Of a DNA stretch of 36,582 nucleotides, positions 24,141 to 33,986 are shown piece by piece. Under the pieces are notes generated by a model. That model saw only the letters and a list, made by a program, of their open reading frames with translations. It searched no databases and was not told where the DNA came from. A program made the translations under genes and the position numbers. This DNA comes from Pseudomonadota bacterium (lineage in GTDB: Bacteria; Pseudomonadota; Gammaproteobacteria; Burkholderiales; JALYOK01): positions 1 to 36,582 of the forward strand of contig JANOGO010000279.1 in assembly GCA_031406045.1 (NCBI GenBank), given 5' to 3'. How positions within the stretch are numbered: the stretch's first letter is position 1; every line of letters starts with the position of its first letter.

Positions 24141-25414
24141 GCGGGTTTTCGAATCGGGAAACGCAAAATTCGCGGATCGTTGGATGCCGCATCGCCATCC
24201 GTTTTTGTTTGATCGGCGAGCGACGGATCAAGCGCCAAACCAATGCGCGATAGATTTGCATTCCAACTATAGTCCTGAATAACCCGCGTCCGCGCGCGGC
24301 AGCCGATCAACTCGCGTTCTTGGCTTTTCAAGTGTGCGGAGATTTCGTCGAGGAATTCAGTGGCATTTTTCGCGATCACGATCTCAAGACTAGCCTTTGC
24401 GCTCACGCCTTGCGCCGCTTCGCTGGAGGCAATCACTAACTTCGCCATCGACATCGCCTCAAGCACTTTGTTTTGCGTTCCGCGCGCGATTCGCAGCGGC
24501 GCGACAGCGATGGTAGCGTGGGCAAGGTAAGGGCGAATATCGGGCACCGAGCCGGTGACAAACACGCCCGGCAACTCGGCAAGACGCTTAACGCGCGGAT
24601 CGGGCCGAGAACCAACAATAAAAAAACTTACGCGAGGGTTCTTTGCGTGCAGTCTTTTAAACACTTCGTAGGCGAACCATTCGACGGCGTCGACATTCGG
24701 CCAATAGTCCATGGCACCGGTAAACGCTAAAACCGGGTTGTCGTTTTGGTACGGGTTCTCGAAATTTTTCGATGGCGCAAAGTAATCGGTATCGACGCCG
24801 TTATTGGCATGAGTAATGCGTGCAGCCGATTCCGGTGCGAGCGATTGCAACAGTGCGGCTTCATTTTCGTTGACTAATACGGTCGCGTCGTAGTTCAGGG
24901 CGATATGGCGCTCGAAGTCAAGCAATCGATTTGCCTCACGACGATAAATCCACGACAGCGGCCACGATTTACTCTTCGCATACTGCGCCCATTTATCAGA
25001 ATCAACGTCGACCAGATCCGCAACGCGAGTCAGCGACGTTTCGTCGGGTAAATACTGCGCCATCGCAGATGAAAATACGACTGCATGCGTTATCTTATCG
25101 GTTGCCAATTTTTCGCCGACCCATTGCTGCAGACCCGCGTCGAAATAGTAAGGCAAGGTCAGTGCGTTACCGGTAAACAATCCGCGCAAGCTTTTTAGCC
25201 GTGCCGACTTCGGATTGAGGCCGGCAAAATAACTGTCGTGGCAATATTCCTTGACCTTGTCGACGTACTGCCAATCTTCTTGCGCATCGACGAACGAGCC
25301 GAGATGAATTTGGTAGTGTTGCGCGAGATATTTCAGAAGATTAAAAGACCGAACCTTGTCGCCCTTGTTGGGCGGGAAGGGGATGCGATGCACCAGCAGT
25401 AAAAGGTGGTTCAC
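24137..25414 (-). CDS. Glycosyltransferase, PEP-CTERM/XrtA system-associated (second family)
   Basis: The 425-aa ORF has the N-terminus LLLLVHRIPFPPNKGDKVRSFNLLKYLA, characteristic of this family. Its stop overlaps the xrtA start as ATGA. Confidence 0.85.
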   Translation of the reverse strand: MNHLLLLVHRIPFPPNKGDKVRSFNLLKYLAQHYQIHLGSFVDAQEDWQYVDKVKEYCHDSYFAGLNPKSARLKSLRGLFTGNALTLPYYFDAGLQQWVGEKLATDKITHAVVFSSAMAQYLPDETSLTRVADLVDVDSDKWAQYAKSKSWPLSWIYRREANRLLDFERHIALNYDATVLVNENEAALLQSLAPESAARITHANNGVDTDYFAPSKNFENPYQNDNPVLAFTGAMDYWPNVDAVEWFAYEVFKRLHAKNPRVSFFIVGSRPDPRVKRLAELPGVFVTGSVPDIRPYLAHATIAVAPLRIARGTQNKVLEAMSMAKLVIASSEAAQGVSAKASLEIVIAKNATEFLDEISAHLKSQERELIGCRARTRVIQDYSWNANLSRIGLALDPSLADQTKTDGDAASNDPRILRFPIRKPA

Positions 25415-25419
25415 CTGGG

Positions 25420-26511
25420 CTAACCCAAATATTTGACGATGTACGGGCCAATTTGATTGGCAAGCGCCAAAGGCATGGTCTGCCAGGCCTTAATGAATAG
25501 CTGATATTTTGGGTTAAGCGGATTTTGATCGGGCACCTGCTTTGCGCGGTGTAATTGATATTCGTAACTCAGTGGTGTGGGCTCGAAGCCCCAATTCTTT
25601 TTGAAATGATAAGGACCGGTGGCAAGTTTGCTGCGGCCGTAATCGAATAGCTTACAGCCGCGATTGACCGCGCGCTGCATCAGATCCCAGTACTTAAAAT
25701 CGTTTGCGGCGTAATCTCTCGCAGCCAAATCATCGCCAGCGTAATACGGTAACACTTCATCGCGAAAGTAAAACGTCAATACGCTGCTCAGCGGCTTCTG
25801 GTCTGGACTGACAACGGTTAGCACTTCGCAATCGCGGCCGAAAACCTCTAACAAAAGTTGAAAGTAGCGTTTCGACAGCGCCGGCGTTCCATGTCGGTGG
25901 ACGTTGTCGGAAAATAACGCAAAAAATCGATCGGCGTTTTTGTCGATTTCACTGCGCAACTCGGCTTTGATTCCCTTGCGCACCATTGCCCGTTGCTTGC
26001 GCGGGATCGCGAGCATGTTTTTCTCGTGGTCGGTGAAGAGTTCTTTGCGAAAGGTTACGTAAAGATCTTTGTGTGCCCAATCGGGATGGGTCGCAGCAAA
26101 GCTCCGATATTCGAGATGATCGACGTTTAGATCGGACGCAAGTTTTTGTGCGGCTTGATCGAGTGCTTCGCGCGCTTGCTGGGATGTCGCGACGATGCCG
26201 CCGTAAACGCAAAAAGGAAGCGAACAAAGTGAATGGCCAAACAACCAGCTTTTCACTTCCGCGAGCGGCAGGACACCAACAACGTTGCCGTTCGATTCCG
26301 CCATTAGAAAATGCGTGCGATGGCCGAAGGCTTTTTCCATGATCGTTTTCCAGCCCGCGCGGTGAAAGAACGTTGCCTCGGGACAACCGAACACAAATGC
26401 ATCCCAGTGCGCCATATCCGCACCCGTTAAGGCTCGAACAGAAATGTTGCCGGCAACTTCAGCTTGAGTGTTGGGCTCGAAGTTGGCTGTCGCAAGTGCG
26501 ATGCTACTCAA
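25420..26511 (-). CDS. FemAB-related protein, PEP-CTERM system-associated
   Basis: The 363-aa ORF matches the size and position (directly after the system deacetylase) of the FemAB-like family of these loci. GNAT-duplication-like sequence is present. The assignment rests on context plus overall resemblance. Confidence 0.8.
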   Translation of the reverse strand: MSSIALATANFEPNTQAEVAGNISVRALTGADMAHWDAFVFGCPEATFFHRAGWKTIMEKAFGHRTHFLMAESNGNVVGVLPLAEVKSWLFGHSLCSLPFCVYGGIVATSQQAREALDQAAQKLASDLNVDHLEYRSFAATHPDWAHKDLYVTFRKELFTDHEKNMLAIPRKQRAMVRKGIKAELRSEIDKNADRFFALFSDNVHRHGTPALSKRYFQLLLEVFGRDCEVLTVVSPDQKPLSSVLTFYFRDEVLPYYAGDDLAARDYAANDFKYWDLMQRAVNRGCKLFDYGRSKLATGPYHFKKNWGFEPTPLSYEYQLHRAKQVPDQNPLNPKYQLFIKAWQTMPLALANQIGPYIVKYLG

Positions 26512-27359
26512 GCCGCCGCCTTAAGAAAAATCTGATCGACGCGGCCCCAACGAAAATCTGTAAGCAATTTACGCAAGCGCGATTCGGTTTTACCTAAATT
26601 GACGTAATGACGAAAACGCGTCTTCAGCGTCATGCCATTCGGGCGCGGCTGATCGGGATCAATTTCCCACGGGTGGCAGTAGAAAATACAGGGCTGCCGA
26701 TCTATGTCATTGACTCGATTGATCGACCAACGCGATAACTGGTAAGGCAGTAAACGAAAATAACCGCCACCCGCAGCCGGCAGATTTCGATTAAATAGGC
26801 GAATCGTCGTAGCGGGCAACTCGATTAACGGTTTTGTTTCGGTCGGCCGGAACGCAAAGCGCGGCGCGTCCGGCATACCATAGTGGTCGTGGCGGATCGG
26901 ATAAATGCTGGAGCTATATTGATAGCCGGCCTCACCCAAGGTATCGAGTGCCCAGAGATTGTTTGCGCCGATCGAAAAACTTGGCGCACGGTACCCGACG
27001 ACCGGCTGGCCGCCTAAGTCTTCGAGAATCTTTTTTGCTCGAGTAATATCGTCGAGGAATTCCGCATGGGTCAAATCCGTTGCGCGCTGATGTCCGTAGC
27101 CGTGGCTTGCAAGTTCATGACCGCCTGCGATGATGCGTTTAACCATCTCCGGATAACGTTCGGCGACCCATCCCAACGTGAAAAATGTCGCCGTGGCTTG
27201 GCTGTCGTCCAGCATGCCTAACATCCGGTCGACATTGCGTTCGACACGACACGGTTGTTGATCCCAACCCTGACGTGGGAAATGAGGCGCTAACGCCGAG
27301 ACCTGAAAATAATCTTCGACGTCGATGGAAAAAGCATTGCTAATTGGCAGCGTGGACAT
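26508..27359 (-). CDS. Polysaccharide deacetylase, PEP-CTERM locus subfamily
   Basis: The 283-aa ORF has NAFSIDVEDYFQV near the N-terminus and ELASHGYGHQR. It overlaps the FemAB-like gene by 4 nt. Confidence 0.88.
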   Translation of the reverse strand: MSTLPISNAFSIDVEDYFQVSALAPHFPRQGWDQQPCRVERNVDRMLGMLDDSQATATFFTLGWVAERYPEMVKRIIAGGHELASHGYGHQRATDLTHAEFLDDITRAKKILEDLGGQPVVGYRAPSFSIGANNLWALDTLGEAGYQYSSSIYPIRHDHYGMPDAPRFAFRPTETKPLIELPATTIRLFNRNLPAAGGGYFRLLPYQLSRWSINRVNDIDRQPCIFYCHPWEIDPDQPRPNGMTLKTRFRHYVNLGKTESRLRKLLTDFRWGRVDQIFLKAAA

Positions 27360-27371
27360 AGGGTGTTTAGG

Positions 27372-28517
27372 TTACGCAACATGGCGTTGTTGAGTCGGTC
27401 CAAGCCATTCATGCAATACCGCGGCGATACGCGGCGCGGCATTACCATCCCAAAACTCCGGCGATTTACCGGACTTCCCGCCCGTTTTCAGTACGTTGTT
27501 TACCGCGGCAAAAATTTTCTGTGGATCGGTACCGGTGATCGTGTTAGTACCTTCGCTGACCGTGATCGGCCGCTCGGTGTTGTGCCGTAAGGTAATACAG
27601 GGCACACCGAGCGCCGTAGTTTCCTCTTGAATACCGCCGGAATCCGTGAGCGTTAGCCGCGCATCTTTCATCAACCCCAGCATTTCCAAATAGCCCTGCG
27701 GCGGCAGCAGCACAATATTTGCGGCGTTGATCAAATCCATTAAGCCGTAGCTCTCAATGCGGCCGCGAGTGCGTGGGTGCGCCGGAAAAATGATCGGCAA
27801 CGTTTCACTGATTTTTGCGGCCGTAGTTATTAAGGACCGCAAAATATTGATGTCATCGACGTTCGACGGACGATGCAAGGTCAATATACCGTAGTCGCTT
27901 TTTCCCTTCAGGAATGCCTCGGAGACGCCCGACTGGCGCAGAGTTTCAGACATCGGCGTAGCGTGCGGCAACTGGCTTTTCAAGGTATCGATCATCACGT
28001 TGCCGACAAAATGAATGCGCTCGGCGCCAATGCCTTCGCGCTGAAGATTTGCCGCTGCGTCGCGTTCCGTGGTGAATAAAATATCGGAGATTTGATCCGT
28101 CAGGACGCGATTAATTTCTTCCGGCATACCGCGATCGTAGCTGCGCAATCCGGCTTCGACGTGAATGACTTTGATGCCCATCTTGGTCGCGACCAGGGCG
28201 CAGGCAATGGTCGAATTGACATCGCCGACGACCAGCACGGCATCGGGGGCTTCTTGTTCCAGCACCGGTTCGAAGCGGCGCATAATCTCGGCGGTTTGCA
28301 CGGCGTGGGAAGCTGAACCAACATCTAGATTGATATTCGGTCTGGGTATGCCCAGCGCCGCAAAGAATTGGTCGTTCATGGCGTTGTCATAGTGCTGGCC
28401 GGTGTGCAGCAAGCAAACGTCGAATGGGTCTTGACCGGCTTTCAGGGCTCTAATGACCGGCGCGATTTTCATTAAATTGGGCCGGGCACCGACCACGCAG
28501 AGAATTTTTTTACCCAC
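27372..28517 (-). CDS. wecB: UDP-N-acetylglucosamine 2-epimerase (non-hydrolysing)
   Basis: The 381-aa ORF has KILCVVGARPNLMKIAPV, HVEAGLRS and the Epimerase_2 layout. It uses a GTG start. Confidence 0.9.
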   Translation of the reverse strand: MGKKILCVVGARPNLMKIAPVIRALKAGQDPFDVCLLHTGQHYDNAMNDQFFAALGIPRPNINLDVGSASHAVQTAEIMRRFEPVLEQEAPDAVLVVGDVNSTIACALVATKMGIKVIHVEAGLRSYDRGMPEEINRVLTDQISDILFTTERDAAANLQREGIGAERIHFVGNVMIDTLKSQLPHATPMSETLRQSGVSEAFLKGKSDYGILTLHRPSNVDDINILRSLITTAAKISETLPIIFPAHPRTRGRIESYGLMDLINAANIVLLPPQGYLEMLGLMKDARLTLTDSGGIQEETTALGVPCITLRHNTERPITVSEGTNTITGTDPQKIFAAVNNVLKTGGKSGKSPEFWDGNAAPRIAAVLHEWLGPTQQRHVA

Positions 28518-28519
28518 TT

Positions 28520-29578
28520 CTATTGATCCTTAATTGCGACAACTTTATCGCTGCTTTGATGGTCGGTTTGGAAGCGTTTAAGGCCGGCGACGGAGAGCAC
28601 TTCGCGCATCAGCTTGAGCATCGTTACCACCGAGCGCTCTACCTGCCCCAACCGCTTATCCAGGTTAGCTAAGTTGGCATCTAATTCAAGCTGCTTAATT
28701 TGCGCGACAGGAGAATTCGCACCATAACTGACCGGATTAATTCCCGAAGGCTCGTGGAACGGCACCGCCATTTCATTTTTGATTTCGCCGACCACTTCGT
28801 TGACGGCGGACGCGTTGATCTCGTGCAACTCTTCCAGATAACCCATCAACAACAGCCGATCACACAAAGTGTTGATCTTGCGCGGAATGCCAGCGGCATA
28901 GTCATGAATCGCGGCCAATGCGTCGTCGGTAAAGTGCGGATCGTGATTCCAGCCGACCGTGCGCATGCGATGTTCGACATATTCTCGCGTATCTTGCGCA
29001 TCCATAGGGCCAAGATGGTAAGAAGCCGTCACGCGCTGGCGTAATTGCTGCATGCCTTCGCTTGCCATCGTATAGCGAAACTCCGGTTGGCCGAGCAAGA
29101 AACTTTGCAGCAAAGATTTTTCCTGGGATTGGAAATTCGACAACATACGCAGTTCTTCTACCGATCGCGGTGTTAAATTTTGCGCTTCATCGACGATCAG
29201 CAACGCACGTTTGCCGAGATTTTGGCAATTGATCAAAAAGTTTTCCAAGCGTTTGAGTATCGTTGCCTTGTTATTGTCCTCGTGCGGCAAGCCGAATGCC
29301 GCAGCGACCATTCGCAGCGTATCGTCGGCGTCGAGTTGGGTGCTGACGAGTTGTGCGGCAACGAGATTTTCGCCTTGAAGCTTCTTAAACAAATGCCGCA
29401 CCAGGGTCGTTTTACCGGCGCCGACTTCACCCGTGATGACGATAAACCCTTCGCCTTGATGTAACCCATACTCGAGGTAGGACATCGCCCGCTTGTGTCC
29501 CTTACTCCCATAGAAAAAGGTCGGATCCGGACTTAGTTGGAATGGTTTAGCGCGTAGATGGTAGAAAGCTTCGTACAT
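28520..29578 (-). CDS. AAA ATPase of the PEP-CTERM locus (ExeA-like)
   Basis: The 352-aa ORF has Walker A ITGEVGAGKTTLV and Walker B LLIVDEAQNL. Confidence 0.85.
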   Translation of the reverse strand: MYEAFYHLRAKPFQLSPDPTFFYGSKGHKRAMSYLEYGLHQGEGFIVITGEVGAGKTTLVRHLFKKLQGENLVAAQLVSTQLDADDTLRMVAAAFGLPHEDNNKATILKRLENFLINCQNLGKRALLIVDEAQNLTPRSVEELRMLSNFQSQEKSLLQSFLLGQPEFRYTMASEGMQQLRQRVTASYHLGPMDAQDTREYVEHRMRTVGWNHDPHFTDDALAAIHDYAAGIPRKINTLCDRLLLMGYLEELHEINASAVNEVVGEIKNEMAVPFHEPSGINPVSYGANSPVAQIKQLELDANLANLDKRLGQVERSVVTMLKLMREVLSVAGLKRFQTDHQSSDKVVAIKDQ

Positions 29579-29587
29579 GATGGTTTC

Positions 29588-31183
29588 CTAGAACCTCACC
29601 GTTAGCGTGCCGATAAAAGCGTTTTCATCGTAATCATTTGCGTTGAAGTTGGAGTCGCGGCGCGAGAATCGATATCCGATCGTGCCGTTAGCGGTAAGGG
29701 ATAGTTTTCGAGCAATACCCACATTCAGCGACGTGAGATTGTCGGTCCGGCCGATATCCACCAAACGAAAGCGCGATAAATTCAGGCCAACATTGGCGTC
29801 ATTGCGTGGCGATAGATGGTAAGTCCATGTCGAGCCGACACCAGATTGTTTAATGATTTGGCTAAGTGCGAAGTCTCCTGAACGGTTTAAGAAGCTTACC
29901 GTTTGGGCCGTTGAGGAATCTCGAACCGAATCGAAAGCGTTAAGCCGTAGTTCACTTTTCGGAAAATCCATCGTGAACGATCCCTGCCATTTTTTTTCAA
30001 TGAACGCGGTATTCGTTTGAAAATTGACGCCGTCAGCAGAGTCAGGGTTTCGGCCTTGGGCGATCTCTACGTTAACTTGCGCATCGATTTGTCGCTGTAA
30101 TTCCTCCGGAGACGCGCCAGGATTCTGGCTTCGCACCTCGGCTTCGATCCGCGATCGCGTTGTACTACCGAACGGAAGGGCGAATTGTGACCGGCTCGTT
30201 GATAAATTTTGCTGATAGGAAATATCCCACGCGGTACGCCGCGTGGCGTGCTGAAACGTAAGCGAATAGGTGTTGCCAAAATAGCGTCGCCCCACGGAAA
30301 ACGTTAGCGATGTCCGGCGCAGAGGACGCCAATCGGCCCCGAGTGACCAAAACGCACCTTCCGGTTTTTCACCAGACGTTACATAATCGTTCCGGTCGTA
30401 GCCGAACGAGCCTGTTGCGAATAGGCGTGGATTGATTCGGTAGCGCAAATTTCCCGTTAGGCTTTCATAACTCGTATCGGAAGAACGTTCGAACTTAATA
30501 TTTTCTTGTCGATATTCTCCACCCCAGCCCCATTCGTTGAACGCGGGACCGCTATCGAGTTTGAGCAGGAATGCATTGCCGGTACTATTGGAAAGCGTCG
30601 AGCTATTGCCGTTGCTGCTCAATTCGCTGAACGTGTAGCGTGCCTCGGCCGTTGCTTCCCGGCCGAATTTTTTGCGAACATAAGGTGAAATCGAATACGA
30701 ACGAAAGGTTTGATTATTATTATTCTGCGATGAATTAGCGCCGATCGCACCGAACGCGGACACCGCCGTTTGATTAATATTAGCGCGAGTATCGAGAAAA
30801 AGTAAGTCTTCAACAAACTCAAAATCAGCTAAGCCATGAAGCTGATGATTCAGGGTATTTCGATTGCGATCTCGCAGGTAAAAGTAGTTGTTGAGCGAAT
30901 AGTCGATATCGACATTGGATCGCGCTGCTTTATTTTTAATCGAAAAACCGGGGTTGATTTCGGTGATAAATTCGGAGCGCTGGGCGTCACCTCGGCTGAG
31001 CGTGACGTTATCGGTGTAGGTTTCGCGGAGCAGGACGCGCGGCTGAAATTGCCAGCCGCCCTGTCGCTCAACCGCTTCAGCCGGGGCGCTCGCTGTTTCC
31101 CCGTAGGGATCGGCGGTCTGCGCAAACGAGATCGTGTTACATGCGAGCAAAGCCAGAAAAATTAAGGCTGAACGCCTGCCCAA
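29588..31183 (-). CDS. PEP-CTERM system-associated outer-membrane beta-barrel protein
   Basis: The sequence shows alternating beta-strand patterns throughout and a C-terminal ...GTLTVRF with terminal Phe. I prefer the TTG start at 31183 (GAGG 5 nt upstream), which gives the signal peptide MGRRSALIFLALLACNTISFAQ. The track ORF extends to 31276. Confidence 0.75.
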   Translation of the reverse strand: MGRRSALIFLALLACNTISFAQTADPYGETASAPAEAVERQGGWQFQPRVLLRETYTDNVTLSRGDAQRSEFITEINPGFSIKNKAARSNVDIDYSLNNYFYLRDRNRNTLNHQLHGLADFEFVEDLLFLDTRANINQTAVSAFGAIGANSSQNNNNQTFRSYSISPYVRKKFGREATAEARYTFSELSSNGNSSTLSNSTGNAFLLKLDSGPAFNEWGWGGEYRQENIKFERSSDTSYESLTGNLRYRINPRLFATGSFGYDRNDYVTSGEKPEGAFWSLGADWRPLRRTSLTFSVGRRYFGNTYSLTFQHATRRTAWDISYQQNLSTSRSQFALPFGSTTRSRIEAEVRSQNPGASPEELQRQIDAQVNVEIAQGRNPDSADGVNFQTNTAFIEKKWQGSFTMDFPKSELRLNAFDSVRDSSTAQTVSFLNRSGDFALSQIIKQSGVGSTWTYHLSPRNDANVGLNLSRFRLVDIGRTDNLTSLNVGIARKLSLTANGTIGYRFSRRDSNFNANDYDENAFIGTLTVRF

Positions 31184-31241
31184 GGCGGCCTCTAATTTAG
31201 CGATTACGATTTGCCGATGAAGGAACTTCCGTGCCGGCCAC

Positions 31242-32237
31242 CTATTGCTTGCCATAGGAGCCGTAATAGGACCCATAGTAGTTGTTCCCGGGCATGAAAC
31301 TGCCTTTGTTAAGGAGCGTTCCTACGATATCGCAATGCTCGAGATGTTTGAGTGCTTCGCGCAGCGCTTCATGGGTGGTTTTTTGCGCTTCGACTACGAC
31401 CACAATTTGCCCCATATAGCTGGCCAACACACGCGCCTCGCTGGTTGCGAGTAACGGGGGCGAATCGAAAATAATCACGCGGTCGGAATATCGCTGGCCC
31501 ATCTCCTCAATCAAGCGGCGCATCGCCACGCTCGCAAGTAATTCTGTCGAATAACGATGCCCACGGCCCGCAGGAAGTAAGGTGAGTTTTTCAACGTTGG
31601 TTTTGATCAGTACATCAGAAAGTTGTAACGACTCATCCAACAATAAGTCCATCAGCCCGCGATCTGCTTTAAGCCCGAGCAAGCCCGGAACCGACGGTTT
31701 GGCGACGTCCGCGTCCACCAATAGCACGGTGTGATCCATCTCCATCGCGATACTCATCGCGAGGTTAACAGAACTAAAGCTCTTGCCTTCGCCCGGAAGG
31801 GAACTGGTCACCATTATCAGGTTGCCGTTTTTTACCGGCGCGACGCCTTGATTGAAGGCATTCATCAACAGCGGTCGTTTAATTTGCCGGTATTCTTCGG
31901 CGATCGTGCTGCGCTCGCCATCGGGCGTGATCATGCCCGCCTGCTTGAGTCGGGCGAGGTTGATCATGCCCTGCGGTGAGACTTGCGATAGCGTGGGTTC
32001 ACGGCGCGTTTTCGCAATATCTAACATTGACGGCGCGGCATGTTGCGCGGCGGTTGGGGGCGCGACTGGATTTTGCGGCGCTTCAACGTCGGGCAGTTGA
32101 GCCTGCAGTTTTGCAGCGGCACGTTCAATGGCCGATTCCCCGTGGCTGGCGGGTGTGCCAGTATCAGCCGGGATCACCGGGGGTAATACCCGGCCCGTTT
32201 CCGCTATTCGCCCGGCTGCGCGTTCAATTAGGCTCAA
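31242..32237 (-). CDS. epsG: BY-kinase (chain-length-determinant tyrosine kinase), cytoplasmic subunit, EpsG type
   Basis: The 331-aa ORF has Walker A TSSLPGEGKS, Walker A' VLLVDAD, Walker B VIIFDSPP and a C-terminal tyrosine cluster NNYYGSYYGSYGKQ. Confidence 0.85.
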   Translation of the reverse strand: MSLIERAAGRIAETGRVLPPVIPADTGTPASHGESAIERAAAKLQAQLPDVEAPQNPVAPPTAAQHAAPSMLDIAKTRREPTLSQVSPQGMINLARLKQAGMITPDGERSTIAEEYRQIKRPLLMNAFNQGVAPVKNGNLIMVTSSLPGEGKSFSSVNLAMSIAMEMDHTVLLVDADVAKPSVPGLLGLKADRGLMDLLLDESLQLSDVLIKTNVEKLTLLPAGRGHRYSTELLASVAMRRLIEEMGQRYSDRVIIFDSPPLLATSEARVLASYMGQIVVVVEAQKTTHEALREALKHLEHCDIVGTLLNKGSFMPGNNYYGSYYGSYGKQ

Positions 32238-32277
32238 GTCTACTTCCTTTGTTTGCTCAGGTATTTGGTTGCTAAAG

Positions 32278-33942
32278 TTACAGGTTGGTCAAAGTTCGAA
32301 CTTTAGTGATGATGCCTTCTTCTTTCAGCAGATTTGCGGTCATGACTGCCCCGTACACGCACAGCAAACCCAGGCAAGTCATGGCGTAGACCAAGGTCCT
32401 GCGGCGTGATTTTCGTTTTTGCTCGGGCGTCCAGATCATTGAAACGCTACCAAGTAGCGGCAATCCGGTGAATTCACGCAGCGCATCACGATCGCTAAAC
32501 ATCGGGCGAACTTGGCTCATTGCAAAGGCGAGCGCTAGGCCGGACAGCAGCCCACCGAGCAAAACTAGGGTGTAGAGTAACGGACGATTCGGGCTGCTCG
32601 GCGTAAGCGGCACGCGCGGCGGATCGATCACGCGAAAGTCCAAACCGCCGGTGCCGGCGTCCATTTCATTCGACATCGTTGCCGATTCGCGGCGAGCCAA
32701 GAGTTTTTCGTAATTCGCTTTATTGACTTCGTAGTCGCGATTAAGCTGGCTCAGTTCGGCTTCAATTTGCGGAACCATGTTGGCTTGGTTTTTTAAGTCC
32801 GACAATCGGCTTTGAAACTCATTTACTCGCGCCCGCATCGAAGCGGTATTCGCTTCGGCTTCACCCAGCGCGACTTTTAATTGCTGGAACACCGGATTAA
32901 GGTTTTGCCGCCTTGTCAATCCCCCGCCTTTTTCGCCGGAGATTTTTGCTTCCTCGGCACGCTTGGCCTGCTCGATTTCTTCTTCGGCTTTTGATGTCTG
33001 ATCTTCTTTCTCTTTTTGCGTCTGCAATTGAGCGAGGATCCGCTTGGTGGCAATGATGTCCGGATGCTGCTCGGTATACTTGAGGCGGTAGGCGTCTAGA
33101 TTTTTTTCCAGCGATTGAATCCGTTCATCCAGCTCCGGATTGCGTTTCGCGTTCGAGCGGTTTCTTTCCGCATCAGCTACCTCCGAGGGCATCTCGTCCG
33201 GCATCAACACGGGGTCCTCGCCTGCGACCTGAGATTTAATGGCATCGCGAGCGTTTTCAACTTCCTTTAATTCCAATTGAGCTTGATTGAGTCTGGCCGA
33301 CGCGTCCGACAAACGGCTGTAATAATTTTGCTTGTCATCCGGCATGATTCCCAAATTCTTTTGCTTAAAATCCTTAAGGGAATTTTCTGCCACAACCAAT
33401 TTCTGTTCATAGGACTTAATTTGCTCGTCCAAAAAGCGCCGCGCCGACTCGCTGTCTTTGCGCTTATCGCCCAGGCTGCTTTCCACAAAAATGTTAACCA
33501 GCGCCTGCACTACTTTTTTCGCTTGTTCCGGATGAGAATCCCAATAAGTCAACGAAAACAGATTGTCTTTACCGGTACCGATCAGTTGAATCCGGGCTTG
33601 CAACGAATCGATTAACTCTTCTTTCTCGGAGTTATTTCTCGCTTTAATATCGAGATCGGAGTTTCGTAGTACTTTTTCCAAATTAGGGCGCGTGATTAAG
33701 GTTCGCGCGATCATCCCCACTTGTTGATCCAAGTTTGGCTTCACCGCGAGTCCGGCCATCAGCGGACCCAATATCGACGTCGTATCGACATAAATCCGCG
33801 CCGACGCTTCGAAGCGGCTCGGCATGGAAAATATCAACCCCCAGCCAATCAGCGAGACCAGCCATGCTGTCGCGAGCGCATACCAGCGGTGACGCCACAT
33901 CGACCGTAAATAACCGCTTAGCTGGGCAATAATTTCATGCAT
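32278..33942 (-). CDS. epsF: Wzz-like polysaccharide chain-length determinant, EpsF type
   Basis: The 554-aa ORF has an N-terminal TM helix (WYALATAWLVSLIGWGLIF), a long coiled-coil periplasmic region, and a proline-rich segment (PPRVPLTPSSPNRP) before the C-terminal TM helices. Confidence 0.85.
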   Translation of the reverse strand: MHEIIAQLSGYLRSMWRHRWYALATAWLVSLIGWGLIFSMPSRFEASARIYVDTTSILGPLMAGLAVKPNLDQQVGMIARTLITRPNLEKVLRNSDLDIKARNNSEKEELIDSLQARIQLIGTGKDNLFSLTYWDSHPEQAKKVVQALVNIFVESSLGDKRKDSESARRFLDEQIKSYEQKLVVAENSLKDFKQKNLGIMPDDKQNYYSRLSDASARLNQAQLELKEVENARDAIKSQVAGEDPVLMPDEMPSEVADAERNRSNAKRNPELDERIQSLEKNLDAYRLKYTEQHPDIIATKRILAQLQTQKEKEDQTSKAEEEIEQAKRAEEAKISGEKGGGLTRRQNLNPVFQQLKVALGEAEANTASMRARVNEFQSRLSDLKNQANMVPQIEAELSQLNRDYEVNKANYEKLLARRESATMSNEMDAGTGGLDFRVIDPPRVPLTPSSPNRPLLYTLVLLGGLLSGLALAFAMSQVRPMFSDRDALREFTGLPLLGSVSMIWTPEQKRKSRRRTLVYAMTCLGLLCVYGAVMTANLLKEEGIITKVRTLTNL

Positions 33943-33986
33943 AGAACGACCTTGTAAGAATTATCGTGGTGACAGTCGAAATGGAA

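Noticed and set aside
31184-31276. N-terminal extension of the beta-barrel OMP ORF overlapping epsG
   Set aside because: The signal peptide begins right after a TTG at 31183 that has a GAGG Shine-Dalgarno. The upstream 31 codons are not signal-like and would overlap the kinase gene by 35 nt. This remains uncertain.
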